DNA of 63,518 bases, counting the filler. It is 5 parts of 5 records of this genome, joined end to end, with 100 filler letters (N's around TTAATTAATTAA, not from the genome) between each part and the next. Parts side by side here need not be neighbours in the genome. Positions count along the whole stretch, not along the records: positions 1 to 15,564 come from SRR31156797_29959; 4 more parts are not named here. The stretch is one strand, 5' to 3'. Each line of letters opens with the position of its first letter. Position 1 is the first letter of the stretch. A model generated the notes under the pieces. The model made no database searches. It had not been told where the DNA came from and saw only the letters and a program-made list of their open reading frames with translations. Both the position numbers and the translations under genes were made by a program. This document shows positions 1 through 11,931 of this stretch, piece after piece.

Positions 1-2
1 AG

Positions 3-728
3 ACCCTTGGAGGAGTATCAACACCTCTTATCGAAAGGAACACCACTATCCCTACCAAGAAGAGCCAGGTCTTCTCAACAGCAGCTGACAATCAGCCATC
101 TGTAGAGATCCATGTACTTCAGGGTGAGAGGGGTGTTGCATCAGGCAACAAGTCTCTCGGTAGGTTCACACTTGACGGTATTCCACCGGCACCAAGAGGA
201 CTTCCACAGATCGAGGTCACATTCGATATCGATGCTAATGGTATCCTCCATGTGAATGCAAAGGACATGGGGACCGGTAAGGAACAGTCTATATCCATCC
301 AGAAGCCAGGTGGTCTTACTGATGATGAGATCGACCAGATGGTCAAGGATGCAGAGATGCACGCTGAAGAGGACAAGCAGCGCAAGGAAGAGGTTGAGGT
401 CAAGAATACAGCTGAGTCCCTTGTAAACGCTGCTGAAAAGACACTCAAGGAAGCAGATGAGATTGCAACTGATGAGCAGAGGTCAAAGATTGAGGCAGCA
501 ATAGAAGCTCTTAAGACTGCTCTTGAAGGTGACGACATCGAGGACATCAAGGCTAAGACTGAAGAACTCCAGACCGCAGTCTATGATGTATCTGCTGCAA
601 TGTACCAGAAAGCTCAGGAAGAGGCTGCAGCCGCAGCATCTGCCGAGGGTACTGAAACTTCCGCTGGTTCAGACGAAGATGAGACTATCGTGGATGCAGA
701 CTACGAAGTAGTCGATGAAGACAAATAA
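3..728 (+). CDS. dnaK: Hsp70 chaperone DnaK, C-terminal part (5' truncated by window edge)
   Basis: Frame from nt 3 reads [32 protein letters not shown]...[24 protein letters not shown], ends ..[12 protein letters not shown]; followed by dnaJ. Confidence 0.97.
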   Translation, partial: TLGGVSTPLIERNTTIPTKKSQVFSTAADNQPSVEIHVLQGERGVASGNKSLGRFTLDGIPPAPRGLPQIEVTFDIDANGILHVNAKDMGTGKEQSISIQKPGGLTDDEIDQMVKDAEMHAEEDKQRKEEVEVKNTAESLVNAAEKTLKEADEIATDEQRSKIEAAIEALKTALEGDDIEDIKAKTEELQTAVYDVSAAMYQKAQEEAAAAASAEGTETSAGSDEDETIVDADYEVVDEDK

Positions 729-829
729 GTTAAACATGGATAAAATCAGTAGGGTACTTCGCTAAGGGGTATCTTGCTACCTTTAGTTTTTAATTCAATG
801 AATATCATATATTATCACAGGAATCATCC

Positions 830-1990
830 ATGTCCACGACACGCGATTATTACGAGATCTTAGGTTTATCCAAGGATGCCACAGAGTCCGAGCTAAAGAA
901 AGCTTACAGAAAGCTTGCAATGAAATATCACCCGGACAAGAACAAGGAAGATCACGCTGAAGAGAAGTTCAAGGAGATATCCGAGGCATATGCTGTACTT
1001 TCCGACGCTGAGAAGAGGGAACAGTATGACAGGTTCGGCCATGCAGGTATTGATGGTCGCTACAGCCAGGAGGACATCTTCAGAAATGCTGACTTCGGTG
1101 ATCTTGGAGATATACTCGGAGGTATATTCGGCGGTGGCTTTGGAGGTTTCGGAGGTTTCGGTGGTGGACAGAGAAGACAGGGTCCTATGAGAGGTTCTGA
1201 TCTTCGTTATGATCTTGGCATCACTCTTGAGCAGGCAGCAGATGGTTTTGAGACGACTCTTAATGTCCCAAGGGCTGAGAACTGTGAGTCCTGTGACGGT
1301 ACTGGTGCAAAGGCGGGTACAAGTCCAAAGACATGTCCTACCTGTCATGGTTCCGGTCAGGTAACACAGGCGCGCAATACTCCATTTGGGAGATTCATGT
1401 CAACAACTACCTGTAACGCCTGTCATGGGCGTGGTCAGACTATAGATACCCCATGCCCTGCATGTAAGGGTACAGGTAAGATGAAGAAGGTCCGCAAGAT
1501 CTCTGTCAAGGTACCAAAGGGTGCTGATAACGGTCTTCGTCTCAAGATAAGGGGTGAAGGTGAGGACGGAAGTCCGGGTGCACCATCCGGTGATCTCTAT
1601 GTTGTCATACATGTGGAGCCGCATGATAAGTTCCAGCGCATGGGTGACGATATCGTCTATGAGCACTCAATTTCCTTTGCCAGGGCTGCACTTGGCGGAG
1701 ATGAAATGGTACCGACACTTCATGGTAAGGTCAAGATGCAAATCAAACCCGGAACACAGACACATTCCATCCTGCGTTTAAAGGGTAAGGGTATGCCTCA
1801 TCTTCATGGACATGGACATGGTGATCAACTTGTGAAGATTATAGTAAGGACACCGACAAAGCTTAGCGGTGAGCAGAAAGAGCTTCTTCAAAAACTTCAG
1901 GGGCTTGAGCCAGGCCCTGATGTGAAGAATCCTAAAGGTGGCAAGGGTATCTTCGAAAAAGTAAAAGGCGCTTTTGAAACAGGGACGTAG
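830..1990 (+). CDS. dnaJ: Chaperone DnaJ
   Basis: J-domain with HPD, G/F-rich linker, four CxxCxGxG zinc-finger repeats. Confidence 0.97.
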   Translation: MSTTRDYYEILGLSKDATESELKKAYRKLAMKYHPDKNKEDHAEEKFKEISEAYAVLSDAEKREQYDRFGHAGIDGRYSQEDIFRNADFGDLGDILGGIFGGGFGGFGGFGGGQRRQGPMRGSDLRYDLGITLEQAADGFETTLNVPRAENCESCDGTGAKAGTSPKTCPTCHGSGQVTQARNTPFGRFMSTTTCNACHGRGQTIDTPCPACKGTGKMKKVRKISVKVPKGADNGLRLKIRGEGEDGSPGAPSGDLYVVIHVEPHDKFQRMGDDIVYEHSISFARAALGGDEMVPTLHGKVKMQIKPGTQTHSILRLKGKGMPHLHGHGHGDQLVKIIVRTPTKLSGEQKELLQKLQGLEPGPDVKNPKGGKGIFEKVKGAFETGT

Positions 1991-2161
1991 TCGTTATCCT
2001 GTTTTTTCCTTCATTAATCTATTTTTTCATTTCTTTTTTTAGGCAGTTATTTATATTGCCGTGTCTTATTGTGTGGTAAGGTTTAAAAACCAATAGCCAT
2101 ATTATGCCGTTTTGTTTTAAGTATCACAAAAATACTGATTATGGCCCTGTGAAGGTATATT

Positions 2162-3496
2162 ATGAAAATCATAATAATAGGTGCTGGTGAAGTTGGTTAT
2201 CATATTGCTAAGGCGCTTTATCAGACAAATGATGTCGTTGTTGTAGACTCGAACGAAGATGCCTGCACCCGTGCGGACGAACTTGATGTGCATGTAATTC
2301 ATGGAAATGGTGCAAATGTCTCTATTTTGCATGGCGTTCTGGAATCTGCGGACCTTCTGGTGGCTGTGACAGGCTCTGATGAAGTAAATATAGTTGCCTG
2401 TATGGCTTCCAAACTTATTGTTAAAAATAAAGATAAATTAAAAACGGTAGCCAGGGTGAGCAACCCTGATTATATAGATGAACCCGTTGCAAAAAGACCC
2501 CAGATAGGAATAGACATTATGGTCTGTCCTGAATTATCCCTTGCTTCTGAGGTTGCACAGATTCTTGCAATTCCTTCGGCAATCGATGCCGAGTATTTTG
2601 CCGATGGTAAGGTAGAGATGATGGAATTTGTTGTTCCGGAACAACACTCACTTGTGGGCAAACATATGCAGGAGCTTCATCTTGCAAACTGCTGTATTGT
2701 CAGTGCTCTTTTCAGGGATGCAGAGGTCATTATCCCGCGTGGCGAAGATACCATTGAGGGCAATGATCATCTGGTAGTTATCGGAAAGCCTGCTGCAATG
2801 AAGGAAGTACGCGATCTTTTTGGTGAAAAGGCCGGAAAGAGGAGCAAAGTACTGATAATTGGCGGTGGTATTGTAGGTTTCTACCTCGCTAAAATGGTTG
2901 TAAAGACTGAATTCGACATGAAAATTATAGAATCGGACAGGGAAAGGTCCGAGCAAATTGCCGAAGAGCTTCCGGATGTACTTGTCCTGAACGGTGACGG
3001 TACTGATGTTAACCTTCTGAAAGAAGAAGGAGTCTCCGAAATGGATGTTGTTATATCGGTTACCAACAGTGATGAGAAGAACCTGCTCTGTTCACTGCTT
3101 GCCAAGCAGTTGGGAGTGAAGAAAGTCATAGCAAGATCGGATCGTTCCGAATACGTCTCCCTTTTTGAGATGGTTGGTGTTGATAGTGCCGTAAGTCCAA
3201 GACAGGCAACTGTCAATGAAGTTCTAAAACTTACGTTCGGGCAGGGTATTGAAACGGTCACTACGATTGAAGGTGAACAAGCCGAGATTATTGAATACAC
3301 AACATCTAAGAAGTCAAAGATAGTAGGCAAACCCCTTAAAAGTGTGAAGTTCCCTTCAGGCTCTATAGTCAGTATGGTTGTTCACAAGGGTAATACAATT
3401 GTTCCCCGTGGTGACTATGTTATTGAGGAAGGAGACAGGGTAGTAGTATTTGCCCTTCAGTCTGCAAATGCAGAAGTTGAGAAATTCTTCAAATAA
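2162..3496 (+). CDS. trkA: Trk potassium uptake NAD-binding subunit
   Basis: Two Rossmann/RCK units (IIGAGEVG, IIGGGIVG); adjacent to trkH. Confidence 0.93.
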   Translation: MKIIIIGAGEVGYHIAKALYQTNDVVVVDSNEDACTRADELDVHVIHGNGANVSILHGVLESADLLVAVTGSDEVNIVACMASKLIVKNKDKLKTVARVSNPDYIDEPVAKRPQIGIDIMVCPELSLASEVAQILAIPSAIDAEYFADGKVEMMEFVVPEQHSLVGKHMQELHLANCCIVSALFRDAEVIIPRGEDTIEGNDHLVVIGKPAAMKEVRDLFGEKAGKRSKVLIIGGGIVGFYLAKMVVKTEFDMKIIESDRERSEQIAEELPDVLVLNGDGTDVNLLKEEGVSEMDVVISVTNSDEKNLLCSLLAKQLGVKKVIARSDRSEYVSLFEMVGVDSAVSPRQATVNEVLKLTFGQGIETVTTIEGEQAEIIEYTTSKKSKIVGKPLKSVKFPSGSIVSMVVHKGNTIVPRGDYVIEEGDRVVVFALQSANAEVEKFFK

Positions 3497-3518
3497 CAAA
3501 CAACAGGGGGGATGGACA

Positions 3519-4952
3519 TTGAATTATGGTGTTATACTGCATGTTCTGGGAGGTCTTTTAAGGTTCCTTGGAGCCATAATGGTCATACCTTTGCTTGTTG
3601 CACTATATTATGGTGATCCTTTCTATCCTTTTTTGATACCAGTGATAATAACCGGCGGTCTTGGTGTCATTCTTTACAAACGTTTCAGTTCAGCTGATGA
3701 ATGGAAAATACGGGAAGGTTTTGCCATAGTTGCTTTTGGATGGCTTTGCGCTGCACTTTTCGGTTCTATTCCTTACATACTGGATGGTATCTCTCCGATC
3801 AATTCTATTTTTGAGTCAATGTCAGGTTTTACAACTACCGGAGCTACGGTTCTTGTTGACATAGAGATGCATTCAAAAAGTATATTGTTCTGGCGAGGTC
3901 TGACCCAGTGGATAGGTGGAATGGGTATTATCATGCTTTTCATTGCCATTCTTCCTAAACTGGGAGTTGCCGGAAGGCAGTTGTTCAGGGCAGAAGCCCC
4001 AGGTCCCACAGAGGACAAGCTTAAACCAAGGATCAGGGAAACAGCAAAGATCCTGTGGCTGGTTTATTTCTTTATCTCTATTGCAGAAGTAGTTGCCCTT
4101 TTGCTGGCAAAAATGTCACTTTATGATGCTATAACCCATACTTTTACCACCATGGCATGTGGTGGTTTTTCCCCTTATGGCCTGAGCATAGCAGCATTTA
4201 ACAGTCCCCTGGTCGAGGGAATAATTACTGTTTTTATGTTTGTTGCAGGAGCTAACTTTGCCCTGCATTACAGGACACTATATACCGATCGCTCAAGTCT
4301 GCTGAAGGATGACGAGTTTAAATTTTATTCTTTGGTTATAATTGTTGCAACGGTAATTCTGACTTTCAGTCTCTGGAAAGACATGGGTGAAAGTATCTTT
4401 AACTCTTTCAGGTACGCGATCTTCCATGTCGTTTCAATAACAACAACTACCGGTTTTGCAACAACTGACTTTAACCTGTGGACAGATTCTGCAAAAATAG
4501 TATTGCTTGCTGTTATGTTTATAGGCGGATGCGCTGGATCAACATCCGGCGGGGTTAAAGTTGTAAGAATTCTTCTGCTTATCAAGTACGCACAGCGTGC
4601 ATTGTTCAAATCTATCCATCCAAAGGCTGTAAAGCCAATTAAATTAAATAACAAAACAGTCCCTGCAGATGTAATGCAGGCAATTGTATCTTTTGTGGTT
4701 ATCTACCTTATGATATTTGCCATCTCTGCAAGCTTGCTGTCACTAATGGGGATGGATCTTATCAGTTCTATCACATCATCAATAGCCACACTCGGGAACA
4801 TAGGTCCTGGCTTTAGTCTTGTAGGGCCCATGGCAAACTTTGATGTGGTGCCTTTCCTTGGAAAACTTGTTCTCATTGCAAATATGTGGATTGGAAGGCT
4901 TGAGGTCTTTACAGTAATAGTATTGCTGACACCTGAATTCTGGAAGCGATGA
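3519..4952 (+). CDS. trkH: Trk potassium uptake membrane subunit (probable TTG start at 3519)
   Basis: Polytopic membrane protein with [40 protein letters not shown] motifs. Confidence 0.93.
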   Translation: MNYGVILHVLGGLLRFLGAIMVIPLLVALYYGDPFYPFLIPVIITGGLGVILYKRFSSADEWKIREGFAIVAFGWLCAALFGSIPYILDGISPINSIFESMSGFTTTGATVLVDIEMHSKSILFWRGLTQWIGGMGIIMLFIAILPKLGVAGRQLFRAEAPGPTEDKLKPRIRETAKILWLVYFFISIAEVVALLLAKMSLYDAITHTFTTMACGGFSPYGLSIAAFNSPLVEGIITVFMFVAGANFALHYRTLYTDRSSLLKDDEFKFYSLVIIVATVILTFSLWKDMGESIFNSFRYAIFHVVSITTTTGFATTDFNLWTDSAKIVLLAVMFIGGCAGSTSGGVKVVRILLLIKYAQRALFKSIHPKAVKPIKLNNKTVPADVMQAIVSFVVIYLMIFAISASLLSLMGMDLISSITSSIATLGNIGPGFSLVGPMANFDVVPFLGKLVLIANMWIGRLEVFTVIVLLTPEFWKR

Positions 4953-4964
4953 TTGTTGGTTGTT

Positions 4965-5807
4965 TCAAGGACTTTTTCTTGCAACTCCTAGTATGTAGCC
5001 AACATGCTTTCGTGTAGACTTTTTGTTGAACAGGATTCTTTTCCCTTTGTCCAGTCTTGAAAAACGTTCTCTGATCTTTTTGCTTAATATCATATATTTA
5101 AGCATTCTCAGGATTACAACGACTGTGCTCAGGATCCCTCCCATTGCAGTAATTGTATCCAGTGAATCTTTAATTCCTTCAAATGGCCTGTGCCTGTAGA
5201 TATTTATGTCTTTAAAGCCTGATTTTTCAAAATAGAACACCCAGTCTTCAGGCGTATGCATACTGAAGTTCAATCCTGTGAGTTCAGTGAAAATGGTTTC
5301 AGCCTCATCTATCTTTACTTTAAGGTGAGGTTCTATGTCATCATCCCTGTACATTTCGTTGATTCCCGCATAAGCTCCGGGTTTAAGAACTCGCATGAAT
5401 TCTCCGAAAGCTCTTTCCTTATCCAGGAATTGTGAAACAAATTCAGTGATCACTACATCAAAGGAATCTTTTCCGAAAGGCATGTTATAAGCATCAGCCA
5501 TAATGAATTCCGTCCTGTTTTCAACTCCCTCCTCAAAGCTGCGTATTCTTGCATTTCTAACTGGCATTCCTGCTATATCTATCCCGACAACAGAACATCC
5601 TGTTATCTTTGCAAGTAAACAGGCACTAAAACCGCTTCCACAACCTACCATGAGTACTTTGCTTGTCCTGTCTATATGGCATAGCTTTGCTAGCTCTTCG
5701 GTTGAACGTGGTCCTCCTATGTGGAAATACTGGACTCCCAGATAACTCATGAAGTCATAATAGTCCATTTCCTCAATTTCAGAAACAGCCATCTTCTTTT
5801 TTCCCAT
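4965..5807 (-). CDS. Class I SAM-dependent methyltransferase (likely start MGKKK at 5807)
   Basis: VLMVGCGSG motif I, GIDI, FDVV; GGAGG-like RBS before 5807. Confidence 0.8.
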   Translation of the reverse strand: MGKKKMAVSEIEEMDYYDFMSYLGVQYFHIGGPRSTEELAKLCHIDRTSKVLMVGCGSGFSACLLAKITGCSVVGIDIAGMPVRNARIRSFEEGVENRTEFIMADAYNMPFGKDSFDVVITEFVSQFLDKERAFGEFMRVLKPGAYAGINEMYRDDDIEPHLKVKIDEAETIFTELTGLNFSMHTPEDWVFYFEKSGFKDINIYRHRPFEGIKDSLDTITAMGGILSTVVVILRMLKYMILSKKIRERFSRLDKGKRILFNKKSTRKHVGYILGVARKSP

Positions 5808-5920
5808 GATGCCCTCCACAGAATATACTGATAGAATTATCTCTGTGGGGTATGTAAAAAAGATTGTGTAGAAGATGAAAAATAAAGGAAAAAAGAAAAT
5901 AGTGTAAAGTGACCGTTTGG

Positions 5921-7141
5921 TCACTTGTCGCGTTCAAAGTCAAGGTCATACTTGACAACATTTTTGAAAAGGACTCTCAGATCCCACAGAAGTTTCTTGT
6001 TTGCCTTGAAAAGAGCATACAGAAGATCCAGCAGGCTCATAGTTGAAAAGTTGACTCCTTCCAGTGAATGTGCCAAGGAGTTGATTTCCTTATCACTGAA
6101 ATCTGTGAATATGTCCTTTACTATCAGGCTGTTGTTTATTTCACGTCCAATGAACTCACGCCATCTGGTTTCATAGTCCTGAAGTCCTTTGGCCGAGACA
6201 TCGCCACTGGATATGGCCTCATATGCAACTTCACCAGCGATCTTTCCGGTTTCCATTGCATTGATGATACCTCCTCCTGTGACCGGATCTGACTGTCTGG
6301 CTGAGTCTCCTACAAGCATAAGTCCATCGGCTGTTGTCTTCTCGATGGTACCGCTTACTGGAACTCCTCCTACATCCATTTCGAGTATCTTTGCGTCAGG
6401 GTAGTTCTTTTCGACGAACTCGTTCAGGTAATCAATTGCATTTTTCTTGCCAGACTTGCTGCCAAGTATTCCAATACCTACGTTGGCAAGACCCCTGCCC
6501 TTTGGGAACAGCCATACGTATCCTGCCGGAGCTATATCATTCCCTATGTAAAAATAACAATAATCCTGATCGATACCTGTACCACTCATAAGGTACTGTG
6601 CACAGGTTTCTATGTCTGCAGGTTTTAGTGAGGTATCGATACCGGCCCATCTCCCGACCTTTGACTCGACACCATCAGCACCAATGACTATCTTTGCCCG
6701 GATGTCTTGTGTTTCTCCAAGGTGCATGACTTTGACACCCTTTACGAAACCGTCTTCTATTATCAGGTCAGTGGCTCTTGTCTTGACCATAACTTCCGCA
6801 CCCGCTTTTGCACTCTCATAGGCAAGTGCCCTGTCAAAGATCTTACGTTCAAGTACATATCCGACCTCTCCGCCGGCAATCTCCTCTGACATCTCCACCA
6901 TAGTGCCGTCAGGTGCGAATATGCGTGATCCTTTCACATCTGCACAGATCCAGCGGTGATCGGGCTCTATGTGCTTCCTCAGCCATATCTTGCTGACACC
7001 CTCTGCACACCTGACCGGATCTCCTATTTCCTGCCTCTTCTCGATAAGGAGTACATCCAGACCTTTTTCAGCTGCTGTCTTAGCTGCAATAGAACCACCG
7101 GGTCCTGCACCTACCACCACAACATCATACTCGCTCTTCAT
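5921..7141 (-). CDS. Digeranylgeranylglycerophospholipid reductase (archaeal geranylgeranyl reductase)
   Basis: [11 protein letters not shown] motif, [35 protein letters not shown]; overlaps ferredoxin stop. Confidence 0.9.
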   Translation of the reverse strand: MKSEYDVVVVGAGPGGSIAAKTAAEKGLDVLLIEKRQEIGDPVRCAEGVSKIWLRKHIEPDHRWICADVKGSRIFAPDGTMVEMSEEIAGGEVGYVLERKIFDRALAYESAKAGAEVMVKTRATDLIIEDGFVKGVKVMHLGETQDIRAKIVIGADGVESKVGRWAGIDTSLKPADIETCAQYLMSGTGIDQDYCYFYIGNDIAPAGYVWLFPKGRGLANVGIGILGSKSGKKNAIDYLNEFVEKNYPDAKILEMDVGGVPVSGTIEKTTADGLMLVGDSARQSDPVTGGGIINAMETGKIAGEVAYEAISSGDVSAKGLQDYETRWREFIGREINNSLIVKDIFTDFSDKEINSLAHSLEGVNFSTMSLLDLLYALFKANKKLLWDLRVLFKNVVKYDLDFERDK

Positions 7142-7314
7142 TTTTTCACCTCAATAGCTCCAACAGGGCAGATCTTTGCACAAATTCCACAGGAGGTGCA
7201 TGCCTCACTGGCTTCTATCCAGGTTTCGACCAATTCAAGTGCTCCGGCAGGGCACACACTTACGCATGCGCCACAGTACCCGCATTTAAACTTGTTTACG
7301 TTGATGGTCACCAT
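7138..7314 (-). CDS. 2[4Fe-4S] ferredoxin, probable electron donor of the geranylgeranyl reductase
   Basis: [12 protein letters not shown] and [21 protein letters not shown]; coupled to the reductase. Confidence 0.9.
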   Translation of the reverse strand: MVTINVNKFKCGYCGACVSVCPAGALELVETWIEASEACTSCGICAKICPVGAIEVKK

Positions 7315-7436
7315 TATCACCTATATTAATTGTATAATTTCTTCCTAATAGTTTTAAAGGAAATATACCTTTCTGCTTCTTAAATCAGGACTGCATAAAT
7401 CAGGAATGGCAATATAGCGCAGGGACTATAAGTTTT

Positions 7437-8069
7437 TTATGCACCTGATGAGCTAATTTTTGCTCTTGCCTTGCCCGTTTCCATGTCAAACCTTTCCATT
7501 ACGTATTCTCTGGAACTGCCATGTCCGTGAAGCATTATTTCCACAAGGTCATGCGGCTCATCGATATCAGTGCTCAAAAGGAAAGAATCATATACATGCG
7601 CCGAACAATTCCTGTCTTTTGCTATGTTACAGTGGTTAAGGAAACTGGATCCGTAATATTTAACATGGAAATTTGAAGGATCCTTTATAAAAACAATATT
7701 TGTCCCTCCACCTTTTCCCGGAATTATTATAATATCTTCAGGTCTTGCCATGATCCCTTTTATGTGTTCTGGCTTTACGAGGGGAAGATCTGCCATTATT
7801 ATCAGTATGGGCTCTTTTTCATGTATTAGGTACTCATTGATTGCTTCATTAAGGTCATGTTCATCTAATACAACATTTACCTGAAGGTCTTTTGGCACAC
7901 CGTTATCCGGCGTTGTCAGCACATCAATCTTCTCTATTCCTGCACCTTCCAGGCTGCTTACTACATCCCTTAGCATTAGCTCTACAAACTCTTCCCTCTC
8001 TTCAAGTGTCAGTGCAGGGGAAAGCCTTGATTTGGCGTTTTTCTTCTTGTATGGAATCAGTGCTTTCAT
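7437..8069 (-). CDS. cofC: 2-phospho-L-lactate guanylyltransferase (F420 biosynthesis)
   Basis: AKSRLS, MADLP, GGGTN, DIDEPHDL motifs; operon with cofG/cofH. Confidence 0.92.
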   Translation of the reverse strand: MKALIPYKKKNAKSRLSPALTLEEREEFVELMLRDVVSSLEGAGIEKIDVLTTPDNGVPKDLQVNVVLDEHDLNEAINEYLIHEKEPILIIMADLPLVKPEHIKGIMARPEDIIIIPGKGGGTNIVFIKDPSNFHVKYYGSSFLNHCNIAKDRNCSAHVYDSFLLSTDIDEPHDLVEIMLHGHGSSREYVMERFDMETGKARAKISSSGA

Positions 8070-8077
8070 CGCTTGCC

Positions 8078-9196
8078 TCAGGCTATTTTGACTTTGGTCT
8101 GTTCCTGGGTGCTATCAATAATAGGTTTATAGGTTGTGTTCCTCTGGACCGGAAGTCTTCCTGAAGAATTAATGAACCATTCAAGTTCCTGTACAGACAT
8201 GAACTGGCCAGTTGTTGAACCTGCAGAAGCTGATATTTTCTCTTCCATAAGGGTTCCTCCAAGATCATTGACTCCGCAATAAAGAGCTACTTGTGCCAGT
8301 TTCTTTCCAAGTTTTACCCAGCTTGCCTGAATATTTGCAATATGGGTATTAAGAATGATGCGCGAAAGCGCATAGAGTTGCAGATCCTGTATTCCCGGAG
8401 TTGCGTATTTTCCCTGACTGATCATCTCATCGCCTATCTTATTATTATAAGGCATGAATGTCAGGGGGACAAATTCCGTGAAACCGCCTGTCTTTTTCTG
8501 TATGTCCCTTATGAGCATGATGTGATCGATGCGCTCTTCTACGGTTTCAATATGCCCGTACATGATAGTTGCAGTTGTGTTTATTCCTGCCTGGTGTGCC
8601 TGGGTTATAACATCCACCCATTCATCTGTGCTTAGCTTGGTGGAGCAGATAATATTTCTGACCCTGTCAGACAGTATTTCTGCGGCAGTTCCTGGCATAG
8701 TGTCCAGGCCGGCTTCCTTGAGACGTAAAAGTGCCTCAGCAATAGTTATATTGCTTTTTTTTGCTGCATGGTATACTTCCATGGGTGAGAATGCATGGGT
8801 ATGGATATGTGGAAATTCAGCTTTAACAGACCTGATAATGCTGGTATAAAAATCGATGTCCACGTTTGGAAGTAAGCCTCCCTGTATGCAGACTTCTGTT
8901 GCTCCCTGATTTTGTGCTTCTCTTACTTTTTCAAGTATTTGTGCAACGTCCATTATGTATCCTGTGTCTGCCCTGAAAGCGCAAAAACCGCATGTTCCTG
9001 TGCAAATATTTGTGAAATTGATATTGCGGTTAACAATGTATGTTACCGTATCACCAACGGTTTCATAACGCAGCCTATCTGCAAGCTCAAAAAGCTTGAA
9101 CGGCGGTATTTCCAGCAGGAAGAGAGCATCTTCTTTTGTGGTATTACCTTCATAAGCACGTTCGATTATATCGTTGGGGATGGTAATGGAACTCAT
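8078..9196 (-). CDS. cofH: FO synthase subunit CofH (radical SAM)
   Basis: NINFTNICTGTCGFCAF, MPGTAAEIL, NIQASWVKLG, NDLGGTLMEE. Confidence 0.92.
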   Translation of the reverse strand: MSSITIPNDIIERAYEGNTTKEDALFLLEIPPFKLFELADRLRYETVGDTVTYIVNRNINFTNICTGTCGFCAFRADTGYIMDVAQILEKVREAQNQGATEVCIQGGLLPNVDIDFYTSIIRSVKAEFPHIHTHAFSPMEVYHAAKKSNITIAEALLRLKEAGLDTMPGTAAEILSDRVRNIICSTKLSTDEWVDVITQAHQAGINTTATIMYGHIETVEERIDHIMLIRDIQKKTGGFTEFVPLTFMPYNNKIGDEMISQGKYATPGIQDLQLYALSRIILNTHIANIQASWVKLGKKLAQVALYCGVNDLGGTLMEEKISASAGSTTGQFMSVQELEWFINSSGRLPVQRNTTYKPIIDSTQEQTKVKIA

Positions 9197-9242
9197 ATAT
9201 CACACCGATACTTATCTTTACTATTTAAATCGTGTGGCCCAT

Positions 9243-10235
9243 CTAAATATCTGCCTTCCGATATCCTTCTTCATCTGCAAGATCTTCTATCAGGCTCTTT
9301 AGCTTATCGCTGTACCATCCTTTTTTTATGTATTGCGGGTATATTGGCAACCTTTCTCTAAGGTTCACTTCACGTACCATTTGCTTTAGTTCTAAAACAC
9401 TGGGCCATTCCTTTTCCGGGTTGATCCAGTCAATGGTTGTAGGTGAGATTCCTCCAAGGTCACTGGCACCGCACTGTATCAATAGATAAGGGTCAATAAG
9501 ATTGGGTGCAACCTGGATAGCTACGTCATCAGGGAGTATTTCCCTTGCAATAAGGATTGACTGCATCATTTCCTCTTCACTGGGTGAAGCTACGTTTTCC
9601 ATTCCAGTGCCCGGTTTTGGAGTAAAGTTCTGCATGATAACTTCCTGGATGTGGCCGTATTGCTCATGTATCTCCGTTATGGCCAGCAGGGAATTAATCC
9701 TGTCATCAAGTGTTTCACCAATTCCAATAAGCAATCCTGTTGTAAAGGGGATCTCCAGATCGCCTGCGTAGCGTATGGTTTTCATCCTTGCGGAAGGAAT
9801 TTTCCCGGGAGAACCTTCATGAGCAGCCAGGTCTGCGGTTGTCTCCAGCATAAGACCCATGCTTGCATTTAAAGGCTTGAGCTTTTCCATTTCAGTGTAG
9901 TTTAGCACACCTGCATTGGTATGTGGTAAAAGACCCATGTCAATGGCAATTTTGCAGAGTTCGTAAATATAATCTATTGTACTGGAGTAGCCGATCTCTT
10001 CCAGCCATTCTTTGTATTGCGGCACTTCCTCTGCATATTCTCCAAAAGTAAAAAGGACTTCTGTGCATCCTGATTTTTTTCCTTGTTCAAGGATGGGTAT
10101 AATTTCATCTACCTTCATTAGCTTTGCTTCTGCATCTTCAGGATCACGCCTGAATGTACAGTATCCGCATTTGTTCCTGCAGATATTTGTTACCGGTACG
10201 AAGACGTTTTTACAGTATGTGACAAAATTATCCAT
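9243..10235 (-). CDS. cofG: FO synthase subunit CofG (radical SAM)
   Basis: VTNICRNKCGYCTF, LPHTNAG, NASMGLMLE, FTTGLLIGIGE, DLGGISP. Confidence 0.92.
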   Translation of the reverse strand: MDNFVTYCKNVFVPVTNICRNKCGYCTFRRDPEDAEAKLMKVDEIIPILEQGKKSGCTEVLFTFGEYAEEVPQYKEWLEEIGYSSTIDYIYELCKIAIDMGLLPHTNAGVLNYTEMEKLKPLNASMGLMLETTADLAAHEGSPGKIPSARMKTIRYAGDLEIPFTTGLLIGIGETLDDRINSLLAITEIHEQYGHIQEVIMQNFTPKPGTGMENVASPSEEEMMQSILIAREILPDDVAIQVAPNLIDPYLLIQCGASDLGGISPTTIDWINPEKEWPSVLELKQMVREVNLRERLPIYPQYIKKGWYSDKLKSLIEDLADEEGYRKADI

Positions 10236-10301
10236 TGTTAATTCCTTGATAAATCAGAAATTACATAAGCTTATTCACTTACGCTTTTTATATTGCCAGT
10301 T

Positions 10302-11591
10302 TTATGAATTTGTCAATATATCCTGCATGGAGTCTCTGACTCCAAGTGCAATACCTTCCACTTCTATTCCACCCTTACCTTTTGCTCCATCTCCTACTAC
10401 ATATAGGTTTGGTATGGGTGTCCTGTTCTTAAGATCGGCTCCTGAAGGGGACCTGTTTACAGGCCAGTCATTTGAATAGGACTGTATTAAAAGAACCTCG
10501 TATTCTTTTCCTGCAAAAATGTCCCTGAGATCCTCTAGTCCCATTTCTATTTCGTTGTCAAGGTCATCTATGTCTTTCCAGTGAACGCATTGATGTGCCA
10601 TAGTGAGGTGCTTTCCTTCGGGTGCCAGGCCGGGATCGATATTTGTCACTTCATTTATTCCGTTCACCCTCTTTGCATATGGTGTGAGTAATACTCCTCC
10701 ATGTCCTATCAGTGGTTTGTCTGATGACAGGCATATCTTAATGCCTGCGGAAGGTTTTAGTTCAGAAGCTTTGTGTGCATACTCTTTCATGCCAGACATC
10801 TTAGCTTCTTCTCCTATTAGTTTTAATGTAGCGGGATGTCCAATATCGCTTAGAACTATGTCTGCATCATGTTCTTCCCCGTTAACAATAACACCTGTTA
10901 CTTTTCCATCCTTTACCTTAAGGCCACTGACTTCAGAAGATGTGTGAATACTTCCTCCATTGGATTGTGTTATATTTGTCAGGCCATCTGTAATGGCTTT
11001 ACACCCTCCCATGGGGACGCCGGGTCCTCCGTAGTTGTAAAGGTTTTCTATGATTGCAAATCCTTCTTCCACAGGTATGTCACTACCTTTCAGACTTAGG
11101 GCCCAGCCAAAAAATGAGTCTGAAAGACGGTATGTCCAGTCCTGGTCAATATGTTCTCTGCACCACTGCTCAAAGGACACGCCTGCAGGGGGATTTTTTC
11201 TAGTACTTGCTACGTAGTAGATTAGTTTAATACGGTTTAAAATGGAGAATCGGGTCTTAAAATCCTGGAAAAGAATGTCCTTGTGTCCATATTTGTAGTC
11301 CGAATCCTTTTTAGTCCTGGGTACTCGTATCACTACATTGGTTTTTTTGCGTACTATTTCCACGTTAACGCCGACGTCCTCAAGGAGCTGTGCCAGCGGG
11401 CCTGTGGGTCCGTGGGGAAGCATGTGAAGTGCACCTGTGCTTAGCTGGAAACCTTTGTAAAGGACGTTTGTGAACCTGCCTCCGATAATTGGCAGGCGTT
11501 CAAATACTTCAACATCATATCCTGATTTTGAGAGTTTGGCTGCACTCAGAAGTCCGCCAAGTCCTGATCCGATTATAATTGCTTTTTTCAT
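10302..11591 (-). CDS. CrtI/phytoene-desaturase-like FAD oxidoreductase, probably lipid-modifying
   Basis: IIGSGLGGL...E...GGR FAD motif, LSTGALH, NLYVVGDG; position next to cofG. Confidence 0.75.
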   Translation of the reverse strand: MKKAIIIGSGLGGLLSAAKLSKSGYDVEVFERLPIIGGRFTNVLYKGFQLSTGALHMLPHGPTGPLAQLLEDVGVNVEIVRKKTNVVIRVPRTKKDSDYKYGHKDILFQDFKTRFSILNRIKLIYYVASTRKNPPAGVSFEQWCREHIDQDWTYRLSDSFFGWALSLKGSDIPVEEGFAIIENLYNYGGPGVPMGGCKAITDGLTNITQSNGGSIHTSSEVSGLKVKDGKVTGVIVNGEEHDADIVLSDIGHPATLKLIGEEAKMSGMKEYAHKASELKPSAGIKICLSSDKPLIGHGGVLLTPYAKRVNGINEVTNIDPGLAPEGKHLTMAHQCVHWKDIDDLDNEIEMGLEDLRDIFAGKEYEVLLIQSYSNDWPVNRSPSGADLKNRTPIPNLYVVGDGAKGKGGIEVEGIALGVRDSMQDILTNS

Positions 11592-11931
11592 ACTATGCCT
11601 CTATTGCTTTGACCGGACAGTAAGCGACGCATGTCCTGCAATCCACACAAGCAGCTGTCATATTTGCCTTTCCTCTTACTTCAATGGCATCAAATTTACA
11701 AAAGGCAGTGCATTGCCCGCACCCTACACATTTCTCATTTACTCTCATAGTACTATCACCGGATTTGATTGTATAAGGCTTCTAATAATAAAAAGCCTTA
11801 TTGTTCCTTTTTCAAGTTGTTTTTGAAATGTGTTTTTTTTGTACGATATTATTTGTCTTTGATTACACATATTGTTCATTGACTCAATCAAACAGAAATA
11901 TTTATTATTATCAACGTATAATTATATTATC

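Noticed and set aside
1798-1823. His/Gly-rich HLHGHGHG in DnaJ as a new metal site
   Set aside because: Lies in the variable loop of the usual GKGMP...GD motif; no further support
1988-2020. Pyrrolysine read-through at the dnaJ TAG
   Set aside because: DnaJ is complete at the TAG; downstream is T-rich terminator-like sequence with an early TAA
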